Below, in pieces: positions 10,094-19,351 of a stretch of DNA of 64,000 nt. Positions within the stretch are counted from its first letter, which is position 1. Every line of letters begins with the position of its first letter. This stretch comes from Alphaproteobacteria bacterium. Its GTDB lineage: Bacteria > Pseudomonadota > Alphaproteobacteria > Rhizobiales > TMED25. A model generated the notes under the pieces. That model saw only the letters and a program-made list of their open reading frames with translations, searched no databases and had not been told where the DNA came from. Both the position numbers and the translations under genes were made by a program. Location: contig JBJLFO010000001.1 of the NCBI GenBank assembly GCA_045565315.1, positions 529,542 through 593,541 on the forward strand, given 5' to 3'.

Positions 10094-11164
10094 ATGAATC
10101 ATAAAAATAAAATTTCAAGAAGACGTTTTATAACAGGATCGTCAGCATTTGCAGTTGGTTTGACTCTAAATCCATTCAAATTATTTGCAAATTCAGAAAA
10201 TAATTTAAACTTTTATAACTGGGATGATTATATTGGTGAAAACACCTTATCTGACTTTGCTGACCAAACAGGAATAAGAACAAAAATGGATTTCTTTGCT
10301 GATAACGATGAATTATTTTCAAAACTCAGAGAAGGTAACCCAGGTTATGATATTATAGTTCCTTCGGATATTTATGTTGAAAAAATGATCAAAGCAGGCA
10401 TGCTGGATAAAATTGACCATGATAAGATTCCTAATATGACAAATATTGATAGGAATTTTTTGAACCCAGTATTTGACCCTAGCAGAGCTTATTCTGTTCC
10501 ATACATGTGGGGAACAGTTGGTATCGGATATAATATCGCAAGAGTTAAGGGAAAACCAAATTCATGGTCATCCTTATATGAATCTGGAAAATACTCATCA
10601 AATATTTCGTTATTATCAGAAGCCACTACAGTTATAGCAATTGGTCTGAAATATCTAGGTTACTCACTTAATTCTACTAATATAAAAGAATATAAGGAAG
10701 TTGAAGAATTATTAATTGAACAAAAAAAACATATAAAAGTTTTTGCTGAAGATAATGGGCAGGATCTACTTGCTTCTGGTGAAGTTGTTCTCGCACAAGA
10801 ATTTAATGGGGATGTTGCGCAGCTTATGTTAGAAGATAGTGATATTAGTTATATTGTACCAAATGAGGGAAGTATCATATGGGAAGATTGCCTCTGTATC
10901 CCCAAAGATGCCCCCAACAAAGAAAATGCCCATAAATTTATCAATTATTTGCTTGGTGCTAAAACTGGCGCAGATTTAGCAGATTATATTCAGTATGCGA
11001 CTCCTAATAAAGAAGCTAAGAATTTAATGGGTCTAGATTATATTAAAAACCCTGCGATCTTTCCAACAGACGAAATTATTAAAGTTTGCGAAAACCAAAT
11101 ATACCTTGGAGAGGAAATAGGCCAAGTTATTCAAGATAGTTGGACCCGCATCCTTGCATCATAA
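10094..11164 (+). CDS. ABC transporter periplasmic substrate-binding protein, PotD/PotF (polyamine-type) family, with twin-arginine signal
   Basis: 356 aa. N-terminus SRRRFITGSSAFAVGLTL...LFA/NS. PotD-like blocks NWDDYI, YDIIVPSD and VPYMWGT. Confidence 0.8.
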   Translation: MNHKNKISRRRFITGSSAFAVGLTLNPFKLFANSENNLNFYNWDDYIGENTLSDFADQTGIRTKMDFFADNDELFSKLREGNPGYDIIVPSDIYVEKMIKAGMLDKIDHDKIPNMTNIDRNFLNPVFDPSRAYSVPYMWGTVGIGYNIARVKGKPNSWSSLYESGKYSSNISLLSEATTVIAIGLKYLGYSLNSTNIKEYKEVEELLIEQKKHIKVFAEDNGQDLLASGEVVLAQEFNGDVAQLMLEDSDISYIVPNEGSIIWEDCLCIPKDAPNKENAHKFINYLLGAKTGADLADYIQYATPNKEAKNLMGLDYIKNPAIFPTDEIIKVCENQIYLGEEIGQVIQDSWTRILAS

Positions 11165-11201
11165 ATGGACTATTTTATGACATCTATTGAAAGTAAAAAT
11201 T

Positions 11202-12134
11202 ATGGCTAATTCTTGGAGTGTGAAGAATAAGCTCTTCATTTTCCTTCTTCTCCCTGGCCTTGCTTGGCTATTATTTTTCTTTATTCTGCCACTTATTATT
11301 ATTTTTTCGATGAGCTTCGGTCAAAAAATAGATATAATTAGCGTTGAATATAGTTGGAGCCTTCATAATTATATACGAGCCTTTGATGGAATATATTTTA
11401 TTACATTATTTAAATCTGTCATCATTAGCTCAATAACAACTCTTCTTTGCTTACTTGTAGCGGTTCCTGTTGTACTTTATATTAGTTTTTCATCAACAAG
11501 AATGAAATCAATATTATTAATATCCATTATGCTTCCTCTTTGGACAAATTTACTTATAAGAACTTACTCATTAATTGCTATATTAAGGACAAAAGGCCAC
11601 ATCAATTCATCTCTTGAATTTCTATGGGACTCATCAAATCATTTATTTAATTTTTTAAATCTGGCTAATTATAATATATTCAGTAATTCTTTCATTCCCC
11701 TTAATCTTATCTATAACAATTTTGCAATTATACTTGGTCTTTTTTATATTTATATTCCGTTCATGATCATACCAATTTATTTGGTTCTTGAGAGATTTGA
11801 TAGAAATTTATTAGAGGCAAGTTATGATTTAGGGGCAAATCATATACATACATTTTTTAAAATCATTATGCCTATAATTAGCCCTGCTATAATCTCTGGC
11901 ATAATCTTAGTTTTTATCCCATGTCTTGGTACTTTTATCATTCCAGATTTACTTGGTGGTGCCGACTCACAAATGATCGGGAATATAATCGAAAGGCAGT
12001 TCAAATCAGCAAATGATTGGCCTTTTGGGTCATCTCTCTCATTTTTATTAATATACATGACAATTATTATTTTCGCTGTGCGATACATTTATACCAAACT
12101 ATATTCAAAACTTCATATAAGGATGGATATATGA
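11202..12134 (+). CDS. ABC transporter permease (PotB-like)
   Basis: Multi-TM protein with EAA-like loop LEASYDLGAN. ATG at 11202 is preferred over the TTG at 11187 given in the track. Confidence 0.8.
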   Translation: MANSWSVKNKLFIFLLLPGLAWLLFFFILPLIIIFSMSFGQKIDIISVEYSWSLHNYIRAFDGIYFITLFKSVIISSITTLLCLLVAVPVVLYISFSSTRMKSILLISIMLPLWTNLLIRTYSLIAILRTKGHINSSLEFLWDSSNHLFNFLNLANYNIFSNSFIPLNLIYNNFAIILGLFYIYIPFMIIPIYLVLERFDRNLLEASYDLGANHIHTFFKIIMPIISPAIISGIILVFIPCLGTFIIPDLLGGADSQMIGNIIERQFKSANDWPFGSSLSFLLIYMTIIIFAVRYIYTKLYSKLHIRMDI

Positions 12135-12970
12135 GAAAAATTAAATTAATTCACAGCCCAATTGAATATGCTCGAAATAAGTACTTAAAGACAATTACTT
12201 ATTCCTTTTTAATCATACTTTATCTGCCAATTATTAACCTTATTCTTTTTAGTTTTAATGACTCTAAAAGAAACATTGTATGGAGGGGGTTCACAACAAA
12301 ATACTATGAAAAGATGTTTGATAATCAGATATTATTTGATGCTTTCTCAAATTCATTGACGATTGCATTCATATCCACCGTTATATCTACTATTTTGGGA
12401 TTAAGTACTGCTATTTGCCTTTGGAAGTTTAATTTCTATTTAAAAAAGTATTACGACTTAGCTCTGATCTTTCCAATAGTGATACCTGAAATATGCCTAG
12501 GGGTGTCTATGTTAGTATTTTTTAATTTTATAAGCTGGCCTAATTTTCAGATTTGGCCTTTATCCTTATCAAGTATTATAATAGCTCATGTTTCATTCAT
12601 ATTCCCATTTGTTGCTATTATTATTAGGTCTCGACTTTCAATTCTAAATAATGAGATATTGGAGTCTGGAACTGATTTGGGGGCGACAAACTTTCAAATA
12701 ATAAAATTTATAATTATACCGTTTCTGAAACCTGCAATAATAGCATCTTTTTTATTCGCGTTTACATTATCACTTGATGATTTTGTCGTAACTTTTTTTA
12801 CCTCAGGACCAAATAGCGTTACATTACCTGTAAAAATATATTCAATGGTGAGATTTGGTATAACGCCTGAGATAAATGCTGTTTCAACATTATTGTTACT
12901 CATTATTATCATTTCAACTTATTTTGTGATTAAATTTTTAACAAAAAAAAATAGAGTATTGATAAAATGA
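12131..12970 (+). CDS. ABC transporter permease (PotC-like)
   Basis: Start taken at ATG 12131 (MRKIKLI...), which overlaps the upstream stop (ATGA). EAA-like loop LESGTDLGAT. Confidence 0.8.
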   Translation: MRKIKLIHSPIEYARNKYLKTITYSFLIILYLPIINLILFSFNDSKRNIVWRGFTTKYYEKMFDNQILFDAFSNSLTIAFISTVISTILGLSTAICLWKFNFYLKKYYDLALIFPIVIPEICLGVSMLVFFNFISWPNFQIWPLSLSSIIIAHVSFIFPFVAIIIRSRLSILNNEILESGTDLGATNFQIIKFIIIPFLKPAIIASFLFAFTLSLDDFVVTFFTSGPNSVTLPVKIYSMVRFGITPEINAVSTLLLLIIIISTYFVIKFLTKKNRVLIK

Positions 12971-14055
12971 TAAAAAATAGATCATGTATTGAAATAAGTA
13001 ATCTCAATAAAAGTTTTGGAAATACTCTAGCTGTAGCTGATGTATCTTTTGATATTTATGAAAATGAATTTTTTACTATATTGGGACCCTCTGGCTGCGG
13101 CAAATCAACACTTCTTAGACTAATTGCCGGTCTAGAAATACAAGACAAAGGTGGTATTATTATCAATGGTATAGATTGTAGTAAAATACCAGCAAATAAA
13201 AGACCAGTTAATATGGTCTTTCAATCTTATGCTTTGTTTCCTCATATGAATATAAAAGATAATATTGAGTTTGGACTAAAATTAAAAAAGATAAACCCAA
13301 AAGAGATAAGCCATAGAGTTGCAAATATCCTGGATCTAATAAAAATGAGTGGCTATATATACAAATATCCTGATCAACTATCAGGTGGACAAAGACAAAG
13401 AGTGGCCCTTGCAAGAGCAATAGTCAATAACCCAAGTATCATTCTCTTAGATGAACCTCTGTCTGCACTTGATGCAAATTTGAGAATCGAAATGCAACAA
13501 GAACTCGTTAATATTCAACGAAATTTAGAAATGACATTTATGCTAGTGACACATGATCAAGATGAGGCTTTATCAATATCATCGAGAATTGCAATTATGG
13601 AAAATGGGGGAATTATCGAAACAAATACAGCCACAAATATGTATGAATATCCAATGAAAAAGTATAGTGCTGAATTTCTTGGTAGAATAAATATAATCGA
13701 AGGAAACATATTAGAAGGTGCCAATGACAAAATTTTCTATACAGAAACTTTTGGTGATATAAAAATTAAAAATAATGAGGCGATTACTAAAACTATGTTG
13801 TTAGGTATTAGACCTGAAAAAATAATAATAGAGAATAAGAAAAAAGAAATATTAGGAAGAATTTATGTAAAAGGAACAATAATAAGTTCCACATACTATG
13901 GTGATATGACATATTTGACTATTGAGCTACATAACAAAAAAGAAATATATATACATGTTCAAAATATTCATCGAGACTCTTTAAATGAATTAAAAATTGG
14001 CAAGAAATTAAAAGCCTCATTTGATATCAGTGACTTAATTCTTTTAGAAAAGTAA
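12967..14055 (+). CDS. ABC transporter ATP-binding protein (PotA-like, with C-terminal TOBE-like domain)
   Basis: Walker A GPSGCGKST, signature LSGGQRQRV, Walker B ILLDEP. ATGA overlap with the upstream permease. Confidence 0.85.
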   Translation: MIKNRSCIEISNLNKSFGNTLAVADVSFDIYENEFFTILGPSGCGKSTLLRLIAGLEIQDKGGIIINGIDCSKIPANKRPVNMVFQSYALFPHMNIKDNIEFGLKLKKINPKEISHRVANILDLIKMSGYIYKYPDQLSGGQRQRVALARAIVNNPSIILLDEPLSALDANLRIEMQQELVNIQRNLEMTFMLVTHDQDEALSISSRIAIMENGGIIETNTATNMYEYPMKKYSAEFLGRINIIEGNILEGANDKIFYTETFGDIKIKNNEAITKTMLLGIRPEKIIIENKKKEILGRIYVKGTIISSTYYGDMTYLTIELHNKKEIYIHVQNIHRDSLNELKIGKKLKASFDISDLILLEK

Positions 14056-14122
14056 TACTTTTCTATCAAGGGATTTTTGTTATAATCAATGAACAGATTA
14101 AAACTAGATAGGAAGAATAAAA

Positions 14123-15097
14123 ATGTCAATACTTCAGTCCAATAAAGTAATCGCCATAGAAGAGCATTACATTGATCCCAACGTTACAAAATTACAGGAA
14201 GCAAATACTACAAATACTCGAATTAGAAATCCAAAAATGGTGTCTAGAATGGAAGATTTCGGGGGTGAAAGAATTGAAGAAATGGACGCAACAGGAATTG
14301 ACATTCAAATACTCTCAATTGCCCCTCCCGGTGTCCATAATCTTCCAAAGGATATTGCTGTAACAGCCGCAAAGCAAACAAATGACTATCTCGCAAATAA
14401 AATGTCACAGAATCCAAATAGATTTAGAGGGTTTGCCGCATTACCGATGCAAGACCCTCAAGCCGCCGCCCGAGAGTTAGAAAGAGCCGTAAAAGATCTC
14501 AATTTTGTGGGTGGGATGATTCATGGGCTTACAAACTCGCAATTCGATGATGGGAAGGCTTCATGGCCAGTATACGAAACTGCTGCTAAATTAGATGTGC
14601 CGATTTACCTCCATCCTGGTATGCCTCATCATGAAGTCAGAAATATTTATTATAAAGATTATACAGAAGAATTTGCATTATTTCCTCAGGCAGCGTGGGG
14701 TTATACAGTTGAGACTGCAACTATGGCAATAAGACTTGTTCTATCAAGAGTATTTGAAACAATCCCAAACCTTAAAATTATACTAGGTCACCTTGGCGAA
14801 ACATTACCTTTCTTACTTTGGAGAGTAAATCATAATTTAAAACGTCCTGGTAATGCTCCAATTGAGTTTAGAGAGGTTTTTTGTAATAACTTTTATGTAA
14901 CAACTAGTGGAAATTTCTCGGATCCAGCACTTTTATGCTGCATGCAGGAGTTGGGAGTTGATAGGATATTATTTGCAATTGATTGGCCCTTTATTGACAA
15001 CAAACTCGGAACAGACTGGTTTGAAAAATTGGCAATATCAAAAGAAGATAAAATTAAAATATTAAGCGGAAACTCTTCAAGAATATTCAAACTCTAA
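14123..15097 (+). CDS. Amidohydrolase-2 (ACMSD/gamma-resorcylate decarboxylase-like) family protein
   Basis: 324 aa. N-terminal IAIEEHY motif, internal HPG and C-terminal FAIDWPF are characteristic of the non-oxidative decarboxylase/hydrolase branch. Confidence 0.75.
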   Translation: MSILQSNKVIAIEEHYIDPNVTKLQEANTTNTRIRNPKMVSRMEDFGGERIEEMDATGIDIQILSIAPPGVHNLPKDIAVTAAKQTNDYLANKMSQNPNRFRGFAALPMQDPQAAARELERAVKDLNFVGGMIHGLTNSQFDDGKASWPVYETAAKLDVPIYLHPGMPHHEVRNIYYKDYTEEFALFPQAAWGYTVETATMAIRLVLSRVFETIPNLKIILGHLGETLPFLLWRVNHNLKRPGNAPIEFREVFCNNFYVTTSGNFSDPALLCCMQELGVDRILFAIDWPFIDNKLGTDWFEKLAISKEDKIKILSGNSSRIFKL

Positions 15098-15135
15098 AAT
15101 AGATGTAATAGTGTATAAAGACTGATTAAATAGCT

Positions 15136-15738
15136 TTAAAGTTCTGGTACATCTAAGCCAATGCCAACAACTTCATCCTCAATTGGAACGCGGAAGGCAT
15201 CATTAAATAAGTTAAGTGATACCATAACTGTTGCTGTTAAAGCTATTTCTACCATTTGTTTCGGTGTGTAGTGATTTTTAAAATTTGCAGCTACATTATC
15301 TGGAATATTTGAAGCATCAACCATCATATGATCAACAAAGCTTAGTGCAGCCTTCTCAGAATCTGTAAATGCATCATGCGTATCAGAAGATTGAACATTC
15401 TTTATCTTATCCTCATCTACACCAAGTCTTCTTAAATGTTCAATTTGATGAGTTGAACAGTAAAAGCATGTATTTCGTGTTGCAACTTTATATCTAATAA
15501 GTGCTTTAAAGGGCTTTGATAATTCGCCAAGTTCCCATGTTGATTGCCAGTAGTTACGAGAGGCCATTCCAAAATCATCAGAATGACCCATAGCGCGAGC
15601 ACTATTATTAATCCTCTGACTACCTTTGGCCTCCTTTAATTCTTTTATCATACCCATAAATTCAGAACTAAATTCATCATCTTTTAATAATGGGACAACT
15701 GTATTGTGATTAAGATTTTTATCTAATTGGCTTTTCAT
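15136..15738 (-). CDS. Carboxymuconolactone decarboxylase / AhpD-like family protein
   Basis: 200 aa. CxxC-x2-H motif CFYCSTHQ in an all-helical context. Confidence 0.6.
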   Translation of the reverse strand: MKSQLDKNLNHNTVVPLLKDDEFSSEFMGMIKELKEAKGSQRINNSARAMGHSDDFGMASRNYWQSTWELGELSKPFKALIRYKVATRNTCFYCSTHQIEHLRRLGVDEDKIKNVQSSDTHDAFTDSEKAALSFVDHMMVDASNIPDNVAANFKNHYTPKQMVEIALTATVMVSLNLFNDAFRVPIEDEVVGIGLDVPEL

Positions 15739-15758
15739 ATATCTCTCCTTTTATAAAG

Positions 15759-17390
15759 TCATACTGCACTTGGCATTCTTAAATACTCACTACCATCTAA
15801 ATTTACAATTATAGAGATCGGTTTATTTAATTGCAATGCTCTCGTTACACCTTTGACTAATTCTGTAATTTTATTTACCTCAATAGCATCAATACCGAAG
15901 CTTTCAACGATTTTTTTATATTCAATTTTATCAAAGCTTGTGGACTCAGTGTTATAGCCCTTTTTTACCTGTTTTGATTTCACTTGAGTGAGTGCATTAT
16001 CAACCATTATAATTTGAACCATTGGAATGTTTAGGCGCCTCCAAGTTGCTAACTCTCCTGCATACATAAGAAATCCTCCATCTCCCACAAAAGATATTAC
16101 TGGTCTCTCTGGTGATGCTATTTTTGCACCAAGTGCAGCACCAAGAGAAAAACCCATAGGAGATAACCCATTTGAAACAAAATAAGTTAATGGTAAATAA
16201 GATAACCACGCTTGTGAAGCAAGCGACTTATGGGCTCCAGCATCTGCAGTTATAATTGTATCTTTTGGGACGATTTTTCTTATTTCCTTATACACTAATT
16301 GTGGTGCAATTCCGTCGCTTGAGTTATAATCATCACTAACACCAAGTTCATAGTCTTGTATTTTATTAAATGAATCCCTTGCTAAGCTCAACCACTCCTT
16401 GCTTGTATCCCTTTGGCCTATGTTATCTTTTAAGAAATCTAATATACCAGACATCTGCCCTTTGAGTTCCTGCATTACAGGTTGAAAAGTTCGATCATTT
16501 GTGTCTGTGGCATCAATAGAAATAATAGGAACCTGAGATTTAAACGGTCTAATTATATCCCAACCATCTAAACCAATTGTTATAATTAAGTCTGCTTCTT
16601 TTAACATTTCATCAATTGGTGTTCCAAACCAACCATACATTCCAATATATAGTGAATTGTCACATGGAAAACTCCCAACAGCCTGCAGGGTAACACAGCA
16701 AGGTGACTGTATATGATGAGCAAAAGAAATTAAATCCTCAGAGATTTTTGATCCAACAACACCAACACCTGCTACAATAATCGGCTTACTTGATTCATTT
16801 ATTATATCAATTGCATAATCAAAATCACTTTTCTCAGGTAAGCTTTGCTCGCCAAAATCTGTAATTAGGCTATTTATTTGTTCCTCATTAATATCAATAT
16901 CTTGAATTGCCTGGACCGGTGAGATCGGCAGGTAGACAGCGCCAGGTCTCGGTTCAATTGATTTTCTGTAAGCTCTATCTAAGAGCTCGACGGCATTCTT
17001 CGAAGTTAACTCCTCAGATAGTTTAGTAATAAGCCTACCAAATGATACAAGTTCGACATCTTGATGAGGATTCTTAGCTAATAGTTCGGGATCAATTATC
17101 GCTGAAAATATAATAATTGGGCGCCTATCCAGATATGCAGCTGCAATACCAGAGACTAAATTTGTCACTCCAGGCCCTTTCGTAACTATTACAACTCCTG
17201 GTATACCTGTGATTTCACCATAAGTAGATGCCATATAAGCAGCTGTATTTTCGTGATGTGTTAGGATATAATTTATTCCCTGATCTGAGAATGCATTAAT
17301 TAGGCTGATAGTATCACTACCTGGTGTTCCAAATACTTGTTTAACACCTCTTTTTTTTAAATATTTAGCAATAAAGTCGCAAGTTAACAT
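15759..17390 (-). CDS. ThDP-binding enzyme (acetolactate synthase-like family)
   Basis: 543 aa. C-terminal ThDP motif VGDGGFLMYAGELATWRRLNIPMVQIIMVDNAL. Confidence 0.8.
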   Translation of the reverse strand: MLTCDFIAKYLKKRGVKQVFGTPGSDTISLINAFSDQGINYILTHHENTAAYMASTYGEITGIPGVVIVTKGPGVTNLVSGIAAAYLDRRPIIIFSAIIDPELLAKNPHQDVELVSFGRLITKLSEELTSKNAVELLDRAYRKSIEPRPGAVYLPISPVQAIQDIDINEEQINSLITDFGEQSLPEKSDFDYAIDIINESSKPIIVAGVGVVGSKISEDLISFAHHIQSPCCVTLQAVGSFPCDNSLYIGMYGWFGTPIDEMLKEADLIITIGLDGWDIIRPFKSQVPIISIDATDTNDRTFQPVMQELKGQMSGILDFLKDNIGQRDTSKEWLSLARDSFNKIQDYELGVSDDYNSSDGIAPQLVYKEIRKIVPKDTIITADAGAHKSLASQAWLSYLPLTYFVSNGLSPMGFSLGAALGAKIASPERPVISFVGDGGFLMYAGELATWRRLNIPMVQIIMVDNALTQVKSKQVKKGYNTESTSFDKIEYKKIVESFGIDAIEVNKITELVKGVTRALQLNKPISIIVNLDGSEYLRMPSAV

Positions 17391-17402
17391 ATCTCTCTCC
17401 TA

Positions 17403-17717
17403 TTAATATTTATTTTTTCCAACAGGTGCACCATCATTAATATAAATATTCACTATATCTCCAACTTGAATATCATCGTCAATTCCAACAGTTAAAGATA
17501 CACCAGTATTCGTTTGTATATTAGCAATTTTTCTTGGATGCCAATCCTTGTGACCCAACATATGGCGTATGACAGAAATTTCTTTTACCTGTCCTTCTGG
17601 TGCATCTATCAAATTAAATACAGTATTACCACATTTTGAACAAATAAATTTTTTGGGGAATGTACATTTATTACATCTATTACATCTATAAAATTGTAAT
17701 TTTTCCATCTTAAACAC
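17403..17717 (-). CDS. Zn-ribbon + OB-fold protein (DUF35 family), partner of the thiolase-fold protein
   Basis: 104 aa. CNRCNKC...CSKCG rubredoxin-like knuckles followed by a small beta-rich domain. Overlaps the upstream gene by 8 nt. Confidence 0.7.
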   Translation of the reverse strand: MFKMEKLQFYRCNRCNKCTFPKKFICSKCGNTVFNLIDAPEGQVKEISVIRHMLGHKDWHPRKIANIQTNTGVSLTVGIDDDIQVGDIVNIYINDGAPVGKNKY

Positions 17718-18855
17718 CCTCTAAAATTGCTGCAGAAACTGTCCCACCATATCGATAAAGTGTCATACCATAACCTGTAACAATACCATAATTTGCATTA
17801 TTTACCTGCCTATCACCTGCTCTATTTTGAAGTTGAAGTGCAACCTCCCCAATACCATTTAGACCTCCTGCCATGCCACCAGGCTGGCCAGCTGATAACA
17901 TTCCACCCCAGGTATTGACTGGTGTAATTTGTTCGCTCGTCTTAGTCAAATATTCTTTTATATTGGATTTCTTTATAATTTTTAGGTCGTTAAGTTGGGC
18001 AAGAACTATAGCTGGATAATCGTCATATATACTAAAAACATCGATATCGGATGGCGATAATTTTGCTACTCCGTATAACTTATCTACAAAATTTACTATA
18101 CCTGTACTAGTACCATCGCCTTCTTGATTGTCGTAGTTAAAACTTTGAAAAAAAGATTTTATTCGCACTTGCTTTTCAAGTCTTTTATTATCCTCCGCTG
18201 ATAAAATAATGGCGAATGCACCTGCTACTACTGGCACACAGTCGTATCTGCATAATGGATCGGCAATCATTGGAGCGGAGTTATAATCTTCGTGTGAGAG
18301 AGGTGTTTTATATACCGCATTAGGGTTTTTTGATGCCCAGGTACGTTGATTTACAAGAAGATTAGCATAATCTGATTTCAATAAGTTATACTTCTCCATT
18401 TGTCTTGTGGTTACAAGCGAATATACTCCATTTGGACCCCCATGTCCTAATGGCGAAAGATGGTCGCGTGTTGCACTATTATAAGAATTTGCTATTTTTG
18501 CATAACCAGATAAACCAGTTGCATCACCTGCTAATATCAATATATTTTTTGCAGCTCCAGTTTGTATAGCCCTAGATGCATGTCCTAGCATATTCATGGC
18601 TGATGAGCCTCCATTAGTGTCTTGCAATAACCAGTTCAAGCTTAAGCCAAACCTCCAAGCAATATCAATTGCTGAGTCGGGTGAAATAGAAAATGATGAG
18701 ATAGCAAATCCATCAATATCAGTATGAGAGAGGTCAGCGTCCTCTAATGCATTACAGATTGCATCTCTCATGAAGTTGTGGACGGAATCACTTTCATCAG
18801 GATGTCTTGTATATTTAGACTGCCCTATCCCTATAATTTTCGGATCAAATATCAT
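17710..18855 (-). CDS. Thiolase-fold protein (SCP-x/Ltp-like) lacking the canonical catalytic Cys/His/Cys
   Basis: 381 aa. Thiolase blocks are recognisable (NGGSSAMNMLGHASRAIQTGAAKNILILAGD; NTWGGMLSAGQPGGMAGG) but the nucleophile position is Gly. See findings. Confidence 0.75.
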   Translation of the reverse strand: MIFDPKIIGIGQSKYTRHPDESDSVHNFMRDAICNALEDADLSHTDIDGFAISSFSISPDSAIDIAWRFGLSLNWLLQDTNGGSSAMNMLGHASRAIQTGAAKNILILAGDATGLSGYAKIANSYNSATRDHLSPLGHGGPNGVYSLVTTRQMEKYNLLKSDYANLLVNQRTWASKNPNAVYKTPLSHEDYNSAPMIADPLCRYDCVPVVAGAFAIILSAEDNKRLEKQVRIKSFFQSFNYDNQEGDGTSTGIVNFVDKLYGVAKLSPSDIDVFSIYDDYPAIVLAQLNDLKIIKKSNIKEYLTKTSEQITPVNTWGGMLSAGQPGGMAGGLNGIGEVALQLQNRAGDRQVNNANYGIVTGYGMTLYRYGGTVSAAILEGV

Positions 18856-18993
18856 ATTTATAAAAAAATTTTAATATATATCATTTGGTATTTTGCTTAT
18901 ATTATTAATATAATATCATAAAAAGATAAATATATTTATCCCAATATGTGAAAGAGGAAAACTCAAAGTAACAGAAAATAATGAGGTTATTTA

Positions 18994-19323
18994 ATGAAAA
19001 AATTAAATATCTACGATATCGGTGGAGATATAGTTAAAGAAGATGAAAGATATATTGTAAGAGATAATAAGTCTCTCAATAATCTTATAGTTAGTAGTAC
19101 AGATTTAAAACCAAACAAGAATACCACAGGGCACAAACATCCCAGACAGGAGGAAGTTTATTATTTTTTGAGAGGTACTGGTAAAATGGAGTTAGATAAT
19201 GATTTGATAGATGTTACTGTAGGTGACGTAATTTTAATAGAAGATAACGTTTTTCACAAGGTCTATGCAGGAAATGAAGGTTTATATTTCTTATGTGTTT
19301 TTGACGGTAAAAGAAATCACTAA
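18994..19323 (+). CDS. Small monocupin protein (metal-binding cupin motif)
   Basis: 109 aa. GHKHPRQEEVYYFLRG matches cupin motif 1; FHKV matches motif 2. Confidence 0.7.
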   Translation: MKKLNIYDIGGDIVKEDERYIVRDNKSLNNLIVSSTDLKPNKNTTGHKHPRQEEVYYFLRGTGKMELDNDLIDVTVGDVILIEDNVFHKVYAGNEGLYFLCVFDGKRNH

Positions 19324-19351
19324 CAACTATCTATTTCTTTTAATAGAAAAA

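Noticed and set aside
18994-19323. The cupin (and the M24 protein at 1684-2988) as DMSP lyases DddK/DddP
   Set aside because: Only generic fold motifs are shared (HxHxxxxE cupin; pita-bread). I cannot see family-specific residues, and the M24 protein actually deviates at a metal ligand. The claim is not supportable without alignments or phylogeny.
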